The translations under genes and the position numbers were made by a program. The notes under the pieces are model-generated. The model saw nothing but the letters and a program-made list of their open reading frames with translations. It ran no database searches and was not told where the DNA came from. DNA of 64,000 bases, taken from NCBI GenBank assembly GCA_041158865.1, contig JBEBAN010000002.1:2471-66470 (forward strand). The letters run 5' to 3'. This document shows, piece by piece, positions 17,680 through 31,000 of the stretch. The DNA comes from Actinomycetota bacterium. Its GTDB lineage: Bacteria > Actinomycetota > Actinomycetes > Actinomycetales > Microbacteriaceae. Positions within the stretch are counted from its first letter, which is position 1; every line of letters starts with the position of its first letter.

Positions 17680-19238
17680 TTCAAGCCGACCCAGGCGGAA
17701 TCATCAAGTTTTTGTAATTCGTGAGGGGTCGGGCCGGCGCTCTTGTCGCCGATCAGACGTTTGTAGACGAGTTCTGCACCAATTAGGCACATTGGGAGTC
17801 CGATGCCTGGAACGCTGTGATGGCCGGCGTAGAAGAGCCCCTTCACCTTCTTGCTCACATTCGCTGGGCGGAAGAACGCACTCTGCTTAAGAGTGTGAGC
17901 CATGCCTAGTGCGGTGCCCTGCCAAGCATTCAGTTCGTTGACGAAGTCGCGCGGACCCATCGACGAACGAACGACGATGCGTTCCTTCAAATCTGGAATG
18001 TCACACCACTTTGCGATTTGATCGATCACAATGTCGGCTGCCTTTTCAAATTTCTCATCGCCGCGACCACCGATTGAAGGGTCCGCTGCAATTGGCACGA
18101 GTACGAACAGGTTCTCGTAGCCCTTCGGGGCAACGCTCGGGTCGGTCTTACTCGGGTTGCAAATATAGAGGCTCGCCGGGTTTGGTACCTTGCGCTTACC
18201 ATCTGCCTTGTGGAAGACCTCGGCAAAGTTTTCGCTCCAGTCTTTTGTGTAGAGCAAAGTGTGGTGATCGAGCTGCGGAAGTTCGCCCTTGACACCAAGG
18301 AATAGGAGCATCGCCGAAGGGCCAGGGATACGCTTGTCCCACCACTTCTGTGGCAGGGTCTGCTCTTCTGGCGCAAGTAACTGAGTCTCAATGTGGTGGA
18401 GGTCAGCATTGCCGACCACTACGTCGGCTTCGATGAAGGTTTCGCCAACCTGAACTCCGGTAACGCGACCGCCTTTAGTGACAATCTTGGTGACTCGGGA
18501 GTTGCAGTGAACCTTAACGCCGTGCTGCTTCGCGAGTCTTTCCACTGCCTGAATGATTGTGTAGAAACCACCCTGCGGGTAGAAAACTCCAACGTTCATG
18601 TCAACGTGGGTCATGAGGTGGTACATGCTTGGGGTGTCGTAAGGCGATGCGCCTAGGAACACAGCAGGGAAGTTCAGGATCTTGCGAAGACGGTCGTCTT
18701 TGACGTGCTTGCCCGCAAATTTATCTAGCGAGCCAAGCAGGTGCTTGATGAAGTTACCTGCGCGCTTTATAACCTCCGGGTGAGTGAACGAGTTCGAGTT
18801 CTCAAAGTTCGTGTACAGGAAGTGATCAATCGATACGTTGTAAGCATCTTCGGCAGAATCTACATAGCGCTGCAGAGCCTTACCGGCTCCAGGTTCGATG
18901 CTTTCAAAAAGCTTGATGTTCTCTTCGAGCTTCTCGCGAATTACAAGAACCTGCTTGTCGCCCTCATTGCGGGTTTGATAGGCAGGGTCAAGGCGAACCA
19001 GGTCCAGCTCTTTTGCGGCAGAGGTTCCCATCAGTTTGAAGAACTGGTCGAAGGCATCGGGCATTAGGTACCAGCTTGGTCCGGTTTCAAATGTGAAGCC
19101 GTCTTTTTCATAGGTGTAGGCTCGGCCACCAACGCGCTCGCGAGCTTCGAGAACGGTTACGTCCATTCCGCTCTTTGCAAGCAGGGCTGCCGTGGACAAG
19201 CCAGCGATTCCGCCGCCAATAACTACACATTTTTTCAT
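17676..19238 (-). CDS. crtI: Phytoene desaturase
   Basis: [36 protein letters not shown]; ATG 19238 overlaps crtB stop. Confidence 0.95.
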   Translation of the reverse strand: MKKCVVIGGGIAGLSTAALLAKSGMDVTVLEARERVGGRAYTYEKDGFTFETGPSWYLMPDAFDQFFKLMGTSAAKELDLVRLDPAYQTRNEGDKQVLVIREKLEENIKLFESIEPGAGKALQRYVDSAEDAYNVSIDHFLYTNFENSNSFTHPEVIKRAGNFIKHLLGSLDKFAGKHVKDDRLRKILNFPAVFLGASPYDTPSMYHLMTHVDMNVGVFYPQGGFYTIIQAVERLAKQHGVKVHCNSRVTKIVTKGGRVTGVQVGETFIEADVVVGNADLHHIETQLLAPEEQTLPQKWWDKRIPGPSAMLLFLGVKGELPQLDHHTLLYTKDWSENFAEVFHKADGKRKVPNPASLYICNPSKTDPSVAPKGYENLFVLVPIAADPSIGGRGDEKFEKAADIVIDQIAKWCDIPDLKERIVVRSSMGPRDFVNELNAWQGTALGMAHTLKQSAFFRPANVSKKVKGLFYAGHHSVPGIGLPMCLIGAELVYKRLIGDKSAGPTPHELQKLDDSAWVGLK

Positions 19239-20128
19239 CGTGGTAACCATCCAAATATCGCTCGAATTGCCAAAATCAGTTTGTAAGAATCAGGTACGCG
19301 AATGCGAGTGTGCATCAACTTCTTAGCCGGGGTGTGGGAGATGATGTCGTTCAGCGCTTGGAACAGCATGAGCGCAGTGGCAACGGCACGTCTGGCACCA
19401 ACTGGCAATAACTTCAAAGTCTTGATGGCTTTGGAGATATCAACTTTGATGTCAGCCACCAGCGCATCGCGCTTGGCATCGTTGAGTTTTTTCGGGTCGA
19501 GACCTGGGAAGTAGCTTCGTCCAAGTCCGTCGCGGTCGGCCCCTAGGTCGCGCAGGAAGTTCACCTTTTGGAAGGCGGCACCGAGTGCTCTGGCTCCATC
19601 AACCAGGATCTGGTTTTCGCTTTGGGTTCGGTGCTCGCCGACCAGGAAAACCTTGAGACACATTAGGCCGATGACTTCGGCAGACCCGTAAACATACTTT
19701 TCGAAGGACTTCTGGTCGTGCTTGGTCTTCCAAAGATCCATGCGCATGCTCTCGAAAAATGGCGCAATTAGTTCGCGTTCGATCCCGCTGTAGTTCGCTG
19801 TTCTGGCGAAGGCGTGAACGATCAGGTTGCTCGAGTAGCCGGCCGCAATGGCAGCGTAGGTTTCGCGCTCCAGATCGTCCAAGATTTTAGACGAATCAAC
19901 TTGGCCGCCGGCGTTCTTCGCTTCTTCGGCCGAGCCGTCCACGATTTCATCGGCAACGCGAACAAGTCCGTAGATGTTCGCAACGTGCTGGCGGTATTCG
20001 GTGGAAAGGAGTTTCACGGCCATGCCGAACGACGTTGAATAGGCGTCGATCACAGCGTTGGCAGCCGACTCTGCTGCACGCGTGTAAAGAGAGAGACCCG
20101 TAAGTTCTTGTGGGTTGGTTTCAACCAT
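19235..20128 (-). CDS. crtB: Phytoene synthase
   Basis: [45 protein letters not shown]. Confidence 0.95.
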   Translation of the reverse strand: MVETNPQELTGLSLYTRAAESAANAVIDAYSTSFGMAVKLLSTEYRQHVANIYGLVRVADEIVDGSAEEAKNAGGQVDSSKILDDLERETYAAIAAGYSSNLIVHAFARTANYSGIERELIAPFFESMRMDLWKTKHDQKSFEKYVYGSAEVIGLMCLKVFLVGEHRTQSENQILVDGARALGAAFQKVNFLRDLGADRDGLGRSYFPGLDPKKLNDAKRDALVADIKVDISKAIKTLKLLPVGARRAVATALMLFQALNDIISHTPAKKLMHTRIRVPDSYKLILAIRAIFGWLPR

Positions 20129-20137
20129 AGTTTCAGG

Positions 20138-21106
20138 CTACAGCCAGTCTTGGCGCTTGAATGCCCAGAACAGAGTTCCGGAGATTACAACAATCAGAAT
20201 GTTTGAAGTCCAAACCCCCTCGACGGCACTGAATCCCCAATAAGGGATGTTCTGGCCGTAGTAACCAGTGATTGCGGTTGGTACAGCAATGATTGCTGCC
20301 CAGCTGGTGACCTTCTTCATGATCAGGTTCATTCGATTGCCCTGCAGGGTCAGGTTGGTCTCGAGCAGGGTAGTTACCAGATCGCGCAGGCTGTCGGTCC
20401 AGTCGGCCACGCGCATGATGTGGTCATAAAGGTCTTGGTAATAGGGGAGCATCTCGTTATGAAGGATGTCTCCGTTGTGCTTGAGTAATGGGTTAATGAC
20501 CTCGCGCATTGGTACTGCTGCACGACGCAGCAGAACGAGAGACTTACGAAGCTCGTAACTGCGCTTCTGAATCGCGGTGTCTTTTGGTTTGGCTTCGAAC
20601 AGTTCGTCTTCAAGAGATTCCAGTTCGTCGTCGAGGCGTTCGATCACCTTGAAGTAGTCATCGATGACAACGTCGAGGATTCCCCAGAGCAGGAACGCGA
20701 CCCCGTAGGTGGCGAGCTCTGCCGATTCGTCCCAGCGCTTGATCACGTCGTCCATGCGGAATTCGTCGTTCTGACGAACCGTGATCACGGCGTCCTTGGT
20801 TACGAAGATTGCCAGTTCCGCTAGCGAGAGCTCTGCGGTGTCGCCAACGAAATTGGCCTGGTAGAGATTGACAAAAAGGTGCGAGTCGTAGTGGTCGATC
20901 TTTGCGCGCTGACCACCCTTAATCGAGTCTTCGATGGCGAGTTGGTGAAGGCCAAGTTCATCAGCCAGGATTCGGTAATCGTCCTCGGTCGGTTTGACCA
21001 GGTCATACCAAACCGCGCTGTGGCCCTTGAAGTGTTCGTCGATTTGGTCGAGAGGAAAATTCTTGTCGACCAACGCCCCATCGCGATACTGCCTGCTCAT
21101 AGCCAT
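20138..21106 (-). CDS. corA: CorA-family Mg2+/Co2+ transporter
   Basis: [35 protein letters not shown] (GQN variant of GMN). Confidence 0.9.
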   Translation of the reverse strand: MAMSRQYRDGALVDKNFPLDQIDEHFKGHSAVWYDLVKPTEDDYRILADELGLHQLAIEDSIKGGQRAKIDHYDSHLFVNLYQANFVGDTAELSLAELAIFVTKDAVITVRQNDEFRMDDVIKRWDESAELATYGVAFLLWGILDVVIDDYFKVIERLDDELESLEDELFEAKPKDTAIQKRSYELRKSLVLLRRAAVPMREVINPLLKHNGDILHNEMLPYYQDLYDHIMRVADWTDSLRDLVTTLLETNLTLQGNRMNLIMKKVTSWAAIIAVPTAITGYYGQNIPYWGFSAVEGVWTSNILIVVISGTLFWAFKRQDWL

Positions 21107-21130
21107 AGTTCAAATACTAGACTTGAACCT
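21107..21130. promoter_or_regulatory. Putative bidirectional leaderless promoter for corA and ilvD
   Basis: TAGACT (+, 21118-21123) lies 7 nt before the ilvD ATG; TAGTAT (-, 21114-21119) lies 7 nt before the corA ATG. Confidence 0.7.
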
Positions 21131-22822
21131 ATGTCTGCAGATATCAAACCAAGAAGCCGCGATGTAACCGACGGCATCGAAAAAACCGCCTCTCGAGGCA
21201 TGCTTCGCGCCGTTGGTATGGGTGACGAAGACTGGGTGAAGCCTCAGATCGGTGTTGCCAGCTCTTGGAACGAGGTGACTCCTTGCAACCTTTCGCTAGA
21301 TCGCCTCGCCGATGCTGCTAAGCAGGGTGTTCACGCTGGTGGCGGTTACCCGCTTGAATTCGGAACCATTTCGGTCTCCGATGGCATCTCGATGGGCCAC
21401 GAGGGTATGCACTTTTCGCTGGTTTCCCGCGAGGTCATCGCGGACTCGGTTGAGACCGTAATGCAGGCGGAGCGTCTCGACGGTTCTGTGCTACTTGCCG
21501 GCTGTGACAAGTCGCTACCTGGCATGCTGATGGCTGCCGCCCGACTAAACCTTTCTTCGGTTTTCCTATACGCTGGAACCATTGCTCCTGGCTGGGTTCG
21601 TCTTGAAGACGGAACCGAGAAGCAGGTAACCATCATCGACGCCTTTGAGGCAGTTGGTGCTTGCAAGGCCGGCAATATGTCGCAGGAAGATCTGACTCGC
21701 ATTGAGAAGGCAATCTGTCCTGGAGAAGGTGCCTGTGGCGGTATGTACACCGCAAACACCATGGCTTCGGCCGCCGAAGCACTTGGCATGAGCCTTCCAG
21801 GTTCGGCAGCTCCTCCAAGCGCAGACCGTCGCCGCGATGTTTGGGCTCACCGCTCGGGAGAAGCTGTAGTAAACCTACTCCGCCTCGGAATTACCGCACG
21901 CGACATCCTGACCAAGAAGGCTTTCGAGAACGCCATTGCAGTAACCATGGCATTCGGTGGTTCAACCAACGCCGTGCTTCACCTTCTAGCTATCGCTCGC
22001 GAAGCCGATGTAGACCTAACTCTCGACGACTTCAACCGCATTGCAGACAAGGTGCCACACCTCGGTGACCTAAAGCCATTCGGCCGTTACGTCATGGCCG
22101 ATGTTGACCGCGTTGGAGGTGTTCCAGTGGTCATGAAGGCTCTGCTCGACGCAGGTCTACTTCACGGCGACGCACTGACCGTAACCGGTAAGACCGTTTC
22201 CGAGAACCTCGCATCGATCAACCCGCCTGACCCAGACGGCAGCATCATCCGCGCGATGAACAACCCAATCCACAAGACCGGTGGTCTTGCAATCCTGAAG
22301 GGTTCGCTAGCTCCTGAGGGTGCAGTTGTGAAGACCGCAGGCTTCGACCTTGAAGAATTCACCGGCCCAGCGCGCGTTTTCGAACGCGAGCGCGCAGCCA
22401 TGGACGCACTTACCGAAGGCAAGATCTCGAAGGGTGACGCAGTGGTAATTCGCTACGAAGGCCCTAAGGGTGGCCCAGGTATGCGCGAAATGCTTGCCAT
22501 CACCGCAGCAATTAAGGGTGCGGGATTGGGCAAGGATGTTCTACTATTGACTGACGGACGATTCTCAGGCGGCACAACCGGCCTTTGCATCGGACACATT
22601 GCTCCAGAGGCCACCGAAGGTGGACCAATTTCTCTGGTGCGCGATGGAGACTTGATTCGAGTTGACATCGCAACTCGTTCGCTCGAACTACTCGTTGAGC
22701 CAGAAGAGTTGGAAGCCCGTAAGAAAGACTGGGCTCCGCTTCCACCACGCTATACGCGCGGTGTTCTCGCGAAGTATTCGAAGCTGGTTCGTTCAGCCGC
22801 TGAAGGTGCCGTAACCGGATAA
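21131..22822 (+). CDS. ilvD: Dihydroxy-acid dehydratase
   Basis: [36 protein letters not shown]; start corrected to ATG 21131. Confidence 0.97.
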   Translation: MSADIKPRSRDVTDGIEKTASRGMLRAVGMGDEDWVKPQIGVASSWNEVTPCNLSLDRLADAAKQGVHAGGGYPLEFGTISVSDGISMGHEGMHFSLVSREVIADSVETVMQAERLDGSVLLAGCDKSLPGMLMAAARLNLSSVFLYAGTIAPGWVRLEDGTEKQVTIIDAFEAVGACKAGNMSQEDLTRIEKAICPGEGACGGMYTANTMASAAEALGMSLPGSAAPPSADRRRDVWAHRSGEAVVNLLRLGITARDILTKKAFENAIAVTMAFGGSTNAVLHLLAIAREADVDLTLDDFNRIADKVPHLGDLKPFGRYVMADVDRVGGVPVVMKALLDAGLLHGDALTVTGKTVSENLASINPPDPDGSIIRAMNNPIHKTGGLAILKGSLAPEGAVVKTAGFDLEEFTGPARVFERERAAMDALTEGKISKGDAVVIRYEGPKGGPGMREMLAITAAIKGAGLGKDVLLLTDGRFSGGTTGLCIGHIAPEATEGGPISLVRDGDLIRVDIATRSLELLVEPEELEARKKDWAPLPPRYTRGVLAKYSKLVRSAAEGAVTG

Positions 22823-22855
22823 TTCGCCCAAGTAAACGCTTACGAGGAAGAAAAT

Positions 22856-24610
22856 ATGTCTAAAGAGGTTCTAACCGGAGCTCAGGCGATCATCCGATCG
22901 CTCGAACTTATCGGAGTCGATACCGTCTTCGGTCTGCCTGGCGGTGCAATTCTGCCTACCTACGACCCACTGATGGATAGCAAAAAGATTCGCCACATCC
23001 TGGTTCGTCACGAGCAGGGTGCCGGACACGCCGCCGAGGGTTATGCCTCGGCCAGCGGTCGTCTCGGTGTTTGCATCGCGACCTCGGGTCCTGGTGCCAC
23101 CAACCTGGTCACCGCAATCGCTGATGCCCACATGGACTCGGTTCCACTGCTGGCAATCACCGGACAGGTTGGCTCGCACCTAATTGGTACCGATGCCTTC
23201 CAGGAAGCCGACATCGTAGGTATCACAATGCCGATCACCAAGCACTCGTTCCTAGTGACCGATGCGAATGACATCGCCGAGACCATCGCCGCCGCGCACA
23301 TCATAGCGACCACCGGTCGTCCTGGTCCAGTTCTCGTTGACATCACCAAGGACGCTCAGAACCAGAAGATCGATTTCGTCTGGCCGCCAAAGGTTGAACT
23401 TGCTGGTTACAAGCCGGTAACCAAGCCTCACGGTAAGCAGGTACAGGCCGCCGCCGACATGATCACCAAGTCTTCACGCCCAATCTTCTATGTTGGTGGA
23501 GGAGTGGTTCGCGCTGGTGCCGCGGGGGAACTGCTTGAACTAGCCGAGCTAGTTGGAGCACCTGTGGTTACCACCCTCATGGCTCGCGGTGCCTTCCCAG
23601 ACTCCCACGAGCAGAACCTCGGTATGCCAGGTATGCACGGAACAGTTCCAGCCGTTATCGGTCTCCAGCGCTCCGACCTACTTATTACCCTTGGTGCCCG
23701 CTTCGACGACCGTGTAACCGGTGACGCAAAAAGCTTTGCTCCTGAAGCCAAGGTCATTCACGTCGACATCGACCCAGCCGAAATCGGCAAGATTCGGTTT
23801 GCCGATGTACCAATCGTTGGCGACGTCAAGGAAGTAATTCCTGAGCTGACCGCCGAACTTCGTAAGAAACTTGGCACCAAGAAGCTTGAAATTGGCGAGT
23901 GGTGGAAGACCATCAACCAGCTTCAGGAGCGCTACCCACTTGGCTTTGAGGAGCCAACCGACGGCAAGCTTGCCCCTCAGGCCATCATCAAGAGAATTGG
24001 TGAGCTTTCCGGCCCAGAAGCAATCTTTGCCGCCGGCGTTGGTCAGCACCAGATGTGGTCTGCCCAGTTCATCAAGTACGAACGTCCAAACGCTTGGCTC
24101 AACTCGGGTGGTGCCGGAACCATGGGTTACTCAGTTCCAGCGGCTATGGGTGCCAAGGTTGCTCAGCCAGACCGCTTGGTTTGGTCGATCGACGGGGACG
24201 GCTGTTTCCAGATGACCAACCAAGAACTTGTAACCTGTGCCATCAACAACATCCCGATCAAGGTTGCGATCATCAACAACTCCAGCCTCGGCATGGTTCG
24301 CCAGTGGCAGACCCTGTTCTATGACAAGCGTTACTCGAACACCGACCTTCACACCGGCACTGACTCGCTGATGATCCCAGACTTCGTCAAGCTCGCCGAC
24401 GCCTACGGTTGCCTCGGCATCCGCGTGGAGAAGGAAGAAGAGATCGACGCCGCGATCAAGCTCGCGATGGAAACCAACGACCGTCCGGTTGTTATCGACT
24501 TCATCGTTAGCCGCGACTCGATGGTTTGGCCGATGGTTGCCGCCGGTGTCTCGAACGACGCCGTGAAGTACGCCAAAGACGCAGCACCGGTTTGGGAAGG
24601 AGAGGAGTAA
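22856..24610 (+). CDS. ilvB: Acetolactate synthase large subunit
   Basis: [18 protein letters not shown] motif [10 protein letters not shown]...NN. Confidence 0.97.
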   Translation: MSKEVLTGAQAIIRSLELIGVDTVFGLPGGAILPTYDPLMDSKKIRHILVRHEQGAGHAAEGYASASGRLGVCIATSGPGATNLVTAIADAHMDSVPLLAITGQVGSHLIGTDAFQEADIVGITMPITKHSFLVTDANDIAETIAAAHIIATTGRPGPVLVDITKDAQNQKIDFVWPPKVELAGYKPVTKPHGKQVQAAADMITKSSRPIFYVGGGVVRAGAAGELLELAELVGAPVVTTLMARGAFPDSHEQNLGMPGMHGTVPAVIGLQRSDLLITLGARFDDRVTGDAKSFAPEAKVIHVDIDPAEIGKIRFADVPIVGDVKEVIPELTAELRKKLGTKKLEIGEWWKTINQLQERYPLGFEEPTDGKLAPQAIIKRIGELSGPEAIFAAGVGQHQMWSAQFIKYERPNAWLNSGGAGTMGYSVPAAMGAKVAQPDRLVWSIDGDGCFQMTNQELVTCAINNIPIKVAIINNSSLGMVRQWQTLFYDKRYSNTDLHTGTDSLMIPDFVKLADAYGCLGIRVEKEEEIDAAIKLAMETNDRPVVIDFIVSRDSMVWPMVAAGVSNDAVKYAKDAAPVWEGEE

Positions 24611-24612
24611 AC

Positions 24613-25113
24613 ATGTCAAAGCACGTACTATCGATCCTCGTTGAAGACAAGCCAGGTCTACTAACCCGCGTTGCCGGCCTATTCGCTCGTCGCGGATTCA
24701 ACATCGAATCTCTCGCGGTGGGTACCAGCGAACTACCTGGACTATCGCGCATCACCGTCGTGGTGAACGTTGACGGTGCTCCACTAGAGCAGGTCACCAA
24801 ACAGATCAACAAACTAATCAACGTAATCAAGGTTGTTGAGCTAGACCCAGAGGCTGTTCAACGTGACCACATGCTGATCAAGGTGAAGACCGACTCGGTT
24901 ACGCGCTCGCAGGTTCTAGAAGCGGTAACCTTGTTTAGGGCTCGCGTCATCGACGTCGTGAGCGACGCACTAATCATTGAAATCACCGGCGACACTTCAA
25001 AGTGCGCGGCATTCATCAAGATTCTCGAACCGTTCGGCATCAAGGAAATGGTGCAGTCGGGTGTATTGGCTATGGGCAGAGGCTCAAAGTCGATTACCGA
25101 GAAGGTTAAATAG
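24613..25113 (+). CDS. ilvN: Acetolactate synthase small subunit
   Basis: HVLSILVEDKPGLLTRVAGLFARRGFNIESL; RBS GAGGAG before ATG 24613. Confidence 0.96.
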   Translation: MSKHVLSILVEDKPGLLTRVAGLFARRGFNIESLAVGTSELPGLSRITVVVNVDGAPLEQVTKQINKLINVIKVVELDPEAVQRDHMLIKVKTDSVTRSQVLEAVTLFRARVIDVVSDALIIEITGDTSKCAAFIKILEPFGIKEMVQSGVLAMGRGSKSITEKVK

Positions 25114-26184
<1,071 letters not shown>

Positions 26185-26196
26185 TCCAAACGCACT

Positions 26197-26237
26197 AAAA
26201 AGAATCCCCGCCAGTTTCCTGGCGGGGATTCTTTGTT
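26197..26237. terminator. Bidirectional intrinsic terminator
   Basis: AAAAAGAATCCCCGCCAG-tttc-CTGGCGGGGATTCTTTGTT between convergent genes. Confidence 0.88.
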
Positions 26238-26243
26238 CGGTCG

Positions 26244-27893
26244 TTACTTTCCGGTCCGCGTAACTTTGATCGTGTGGACTTTTGTGTATGGGCTGTAAAA
26301 AGCATTGCCTTCGTTTGTTAGTCGCAAGACGCACGTAGTGGTTTCTGTACCAGCGGTTATTTTCAGGGCTTGTACATTCCGCGTGATTTTGCCAACTTTC
26401 ACCTTCATCGTGGTGATGCTTGTTGCACATCGACCAGATAGTTCCCGTGCCAACTCAAAGCCGGAATCGGTCACCAGCGGCACCGTCGTTGAAGCTCGGT
26501 ATTTCAACTTCGATAACGGCTTGAAAGTTGTGAATGCTTGGTTCTTTAGCACATAACAGAGAAGTGGGCTGGTCGAACCGGTGTGCTCGGTAACCTTGCC
26601 GCCTGGGCAGGGAGTCGCTTCAACGGAGCCTACTCTATCGGTGTAATAACCACGTGGTGCATCTGTACATGCGCTTGCACCGATCAAGTTTTGGAACGTG
26701 CCTTTCGGGCAGAGAGTAGCTTGGGTCATACCCATACCTGGAACATATGAACCAGCCGGTGCCGGAACGCAAGCATCTCCGTTGTCGAAGTCTCCAGCGT
26801 CGCACCATCTCATTCCAAGGGTTTGAGTATCTCCAACTAGGTTCGCTCCATCAACAGTCACGATTGCTTCGATGGATAGAAATTCACCACAGTCTGGAGC
26901 GAGAGAACCCTGAGCAATCTCACCTGATTCCGAGACGAAATATTGGCTCATATCATCAAGTGGCACATCTAGTTCGAAGGCGCCTCCTCCAGAAAGTATT
27001 GGATAAATCGTTAGGATGTTTCCCGAATCTTCACCAGTGATTGTGATAGTTGGCCGTGTGCCGCTATCCCCAGACTGCGGGAACCAACCGTCAAGTCCAA
27101 TCCAACAAAGATCGCTTGGCCAGCTATCTACGACTACTACGGGGTCTGGGTTTTGATTTACGAAGCGCCCTGTTTCCACAACGCTAGCGGATGCTACAGG
27201 TGACATCTGGTGACGGTAAGAAAGGGTAAAAGTAATGCGCTGATTGCAATCCGCTTGAATATATCGGTTGCTTGTGCGAAGAAGAGGTAAGTCGCTATCA
27301 ATGAAACTACTGTCATCCGCATCCAACTTGACATCCAAATCGAACGTTGTATTTTCCGGTTGTTCGACTAGTTGAAAAACCTCTGGCTCGTATTCGCCAG
27401 GAGCAGAAATCGTGAGCAAGAGACTTCCGATATCTTGAGTGGCCGGAATACTTGCCGTTAGCCTGACTGTGCACTCTCTGTCCCCGAGAGCTTCGGCAGT
27501 AAGTGTTGGCGCTGGTGTGCTTTCTGCTGCAGTCTCGTAAACAACGAAAGTGATGTAATGCTGCATTACTTGTACAGTCGCACCATTGTTCCAGCTGCAG
27601 CCGGCAGAACCATCAAATATGAAAGTACCAGCTGTCGTGAAGGCGCCCTCCAGCATTCCTGTCGTGCCATTGAGTGTAATTCCGGGTGGCAGCTCTCCGT
27701 AGTGGATGTAAGTCCGTCCACTTCCCTCCGGCGCATCACAATTATTGGTGTACAACATCTGTGATGGTGATTGGCCGACAACGGAGACAATTGCTCTCGT
27801 TTCGTCTGCGCTGGCTTGGTCTTGAACAGAAACTAGCAATGCCCCTGTCAAGATTGCAGCCATAAATGAGCTCAGCGCTTTTCTTAGTGTCAA
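26244..27893 (-). CDS. Secreted protein with a putative Ig domain, Cys-rich GCC2/GCC3 (ephrin-receptor-like) repeats and a basic C-terminal domain
   Basis: GGAGG 5 nt before TTG 27893; signal peptide ending QASA; GELPPGITLNGTTGMLEG; CVPAPAGSY, CPKGTFQ, CTDAPRGYY, CPGGKVT. Confidence 0.75.
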   Translation of the reverse strand: MTLRKALSSFMAAILTGALLVSVQDQASADETRAIVSVVGQSPSQMLYTNNCDAPEGSGRTYIHYGELPPGITLNGTTGMLEGAFTTAGTFIFDGSAGCSWNNGATVQVMQHYITFVVYETAAESTPAPTLTAEALGDRECTVRLTASIPATQDIGSLLLTISAPGEYEPEVFQLVEQPENTTFDLDVKLDADDSSFIDSDLPLLRTSNRYIQADCNQRITFTLSYRHQMSPVASASVVETGRFVNQNPDPVVVVDSWPSDLCWIGLDGWFPQSGDSGTRPTITITGEDSGNILTIYPILSGGGAFELDVPLDDMSQYFVSESGEIAQGSLAPDCGEFLSIEAIVTVDGANLVGDTQTLGMRWCDAGDFDNGDACVPAPAGSYVPGMGMTQATLCPKGTFQNLIGASACTDAPRGYYTDRVGSVEATPCPGGKVTEHTGSTSPLLCYVLKNQAFTTFKPLSKLKYRASTTVPLVTDSGFELARELSGRCATSITTMKVKVGKITRNVQALKITAGTETTTCVLRLTNEGNAFYSPYTKVHTIKVTRTGK

Positions 27894-28095
27894 AAGGTCC
27901 TCCGATGCGAGTAGCGACATAACAGTTGATTCAAGATACCACTGGAAATTATCAATGTTCTATTTCTTCAGTAGGCGTCATGAAAGTTCTACTGATGCGC
28001 ATTGGTGTTGAATCGCTTGTCGAGTCACTGTCAAGTTAGTGGCTGCCCGCAGGTTAGAATGATATTCGCAGAAGCGAATGTTCATTGGAGATCAC

Positions 28096-31000
28096 GTGCG
28101 TAAAATTGTCGCCACTTTGGCCACTCTTGTAACCCTTGTAGCAGTTGGGCTGGTAGCAACACCCGCTTTAGCTGCAGACACCTTTACGGTCACCGCATCT
28201 GGTGGGGCAACTGGTGAAGTTGGCGGATCTTTCAGCGGAGTTACCAAGACGTCGGCGCTAGCTGGAGCTGGTTCTTACACTCAAACCCTCGAGCAGACTT
28301 GGCCTTCAGGTCGAGTCGGTCTTGGTGGTGTTGGAACCCCAGAAAACTGGACCATTGAGTACAAGGTCGATGGTGCTTGGGTTTCCCAGAAGCCAAGTGA
28401 CACCACAACCATCGAAGGTGTGCGCACCACTGGCACATCTGAGTATGACGGCGTCTCTGGTGCAAATCAGAAGAAAATCGTGACTTCCAATGCTACTTTC
28501 CAGCCTGGTTCTCCAGCCAGCATTCCTTCTACTGGTCGCGGCGATGGCTGGGATGTAACCGTAACTCCTAAGTACATCCTCAATGTTTTCCACCACGACT
28601 CCTCATTCCGTTTGGAATGTCACGTTCGCGCAACCTTCGATGTTTGTGACAGCAACGCCGTGTACCAGGTGCAGGGTTACTACACTTCAAACGTTTCTGG
28701 TTTGACCTATTTCAATGGCAAGGCCTATGCCTTGGTGGTAAACCAGAGCACAAACAGTGCTGCCATGCTCTGTACCAATGTTTCGGCTCTACCATTCACC
28801 AACTGTGGTGTTGTAGACCTTGAACCTGGCGTTGGCGATGCGCAGTACGACCTGTCGGGTCAGCAGAAAATCGGTAACAAGGTTTATGCAGCGGACCTGG
28901 CGAATAACAAGATTCTTTGTTTCGACCTCATTGCAAACTCTGCTTGTACTGAGATTCCGGTGGTCGGCTTTGGGCGTTCAAATGCCAACTCACCAGCGTT
29001 CACCGCCGTGATCGGCGGGCGACTATATGTGACCGCAAACAAGCTCTACTGCTTTGATGTCACCACTAACCAGCTTTGTGCGGGTTTCCCAGTTGGCGAC
29101 TTCTCTAATGGAGGTGCTGTAACTAACGCGGTTCCGAAGATTGATGGTGCCAATAACAATGCACTAACTGGTGTTTGTACCATCACAGTTCAGGTGGCCT
29201 GTTACGCGCTTAACGGAGCATCGGCGACTGTCCCTGCGGGTCTGACCTCAATCTTGGGCGCGACCGCAACTTCTTTCCATGCTGGTGACGGATATTTTGA
29301 AACCAATGCGTTTATTGGTTCCAAAATTTACTGGGCCTCTAACCCAAATGGCTACAGCTGGAGTAGCGGTACCGCAACCTGTTATGACTGGGCTACCGAC
29401 GCCGCATGTACAGGTTTTGACAACACCGTAGACGTTGGGGCCAGTCGTTATGCGTTCCGTCTAGACCCTTACAACGCAAACTGTATCTGGGCTAACGGTG
29501 ACAATGGTGCATTAGCAGCATTCACTGCATCCACCGGTGTTGCTGGTTGTGCTGTAGATCCAGCAAGCTCGCTAGATTTCCCAACCTCCACTGCGTGTAG
29601 TGCGGCCAACTCGGTAGTTGGTTTGTACCAGCTGAAGGTGACCATACCAAACACGGTAAGCATGTCCGATGTTCGAGTAACGGTTTTTGATTCGAACCGC
29701 AATGCAATTACCAACTACACCTCGCTAACCCCAAACGGTTCAGGAATTATCGACTTGTCAGCTCTCACCGCAGCCCAGGTTGGAGACGACTTCTCATTCG
29801 AAATCAAGGCTGCAGGCGCCACGGAGCAAGAGTTGACCGCCATGACCGGCGAGTTGATTTACCTCGCAAAACCTGCAGAGCTGTGTGTAACTGTTGACTC
29901 GCTGAAGTCTATCTGTGGTGACACAGTGACTCCAGGGGTCCTAGTTGCTCAACCTGGAATCGCATTTGCATCGGCTACCAGTTTCCAGCGTTCCGGTTCA
30001 GCACTTGTGAACTCGAACCTTGGATCGCGCTCATTCAATGTGGATTCGATGGATCCAATTAACTGTTCGAAGTGGTCAACCCTGGCGACAACCAATGATG
30101 CTGGACTCCACGCCAATGGAGGCGATGCTGGAATTGTTGACTTCGTTTGGGACTCAAACGGTCGCCCTTATGTTGGTGGTTACTTCAACAATGCTGCTGG
30201 CGTTGAAGCGGCCGACAACCTTGCTTACTGGAATGGCACTGCTTGGACCGCGGTTGGTGCAGCTGATCCACAGCAGAACCCGATCAATGGCCGAGTAGCA
30301 GCCCTGGCTCTCTCTAACGGGAAGCTTTACGTTGGTGGAGATTTCCAAGATGCTGCCGGTGTTGCTAATGCAGATAACCTAGCTGTCTACGACATCGCTA
30401 GCCAGACCTGGTCTGGAATAGGCCCAGATGCCAGCACATCTGCGTTCAACAACTTTGTGCGAGCGATTGCCGTCGACCCGAACTCCGGAAAGGTTTATGT
30501 AGGCGGTAACTTTAACGGCAAGCTGAAGCAAATTGCCGCTGGAGCAACGGACGCAACCAGCGTTGGTGTGGATGGTGACCTAAACCGTGTCGTGCACTTC
30601 CTGTCGGTCGCGTCGAACGGTGTGCTAACCGTAGGTGGTAACTTCACCGATGTTGGTTCTTCCAGCGACGACTACGTTGTTACCTGGAACGGAACCACTT
30701 GGAACCCAATTTCGGCCAATCAGCCATTTGATGACCAGGTATGGTCGGTGGCGCGCCATGGCACCAAGACCTATGTTTCTGGCGACTTCGATGGAATCCA
30801 GGTTTACGATTCTGGTTCAGACACCTGGTCCTCACTAGGAAGCGCAAGTTGGGATGCTCGTAGCATCGCGATTTCAAGCGATGGCGACATCTTTGCTGCC
30901 ACTAGCGGATTCAATGGCGGCTACTATGCGCAATGGAACGGCAGCGCTTGGGTTTCATTGGTCGATGGAGATACTGCGTCGAATGCTTCGAGCACTAACA

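Noticed and set aside
16221-20128. Actinorhodopsin or retinal (blh) genes associated with the crt cluster
   Set aside because: No seven-TM opsin or carotene oxygenase ORF is recognisable in this window
20138-20300. CorA GQN in place of the GMN signature
   Set aside because: GxN variants are known in the CorA superfamily; not distinctive on its own
20879-21130. 84-aa N-terminal extension of ilvD in the ORF track
   Set aside because: It overlaps corA on the opposite strand; IlvD similarity begins at ATG 21131, which has a well-placed -10
22823-22855. Leader-peptide attenuator for ilvB
   Set aside because: The gap is only 33 bp, with no BCAA-rich mini-ORF or terminator
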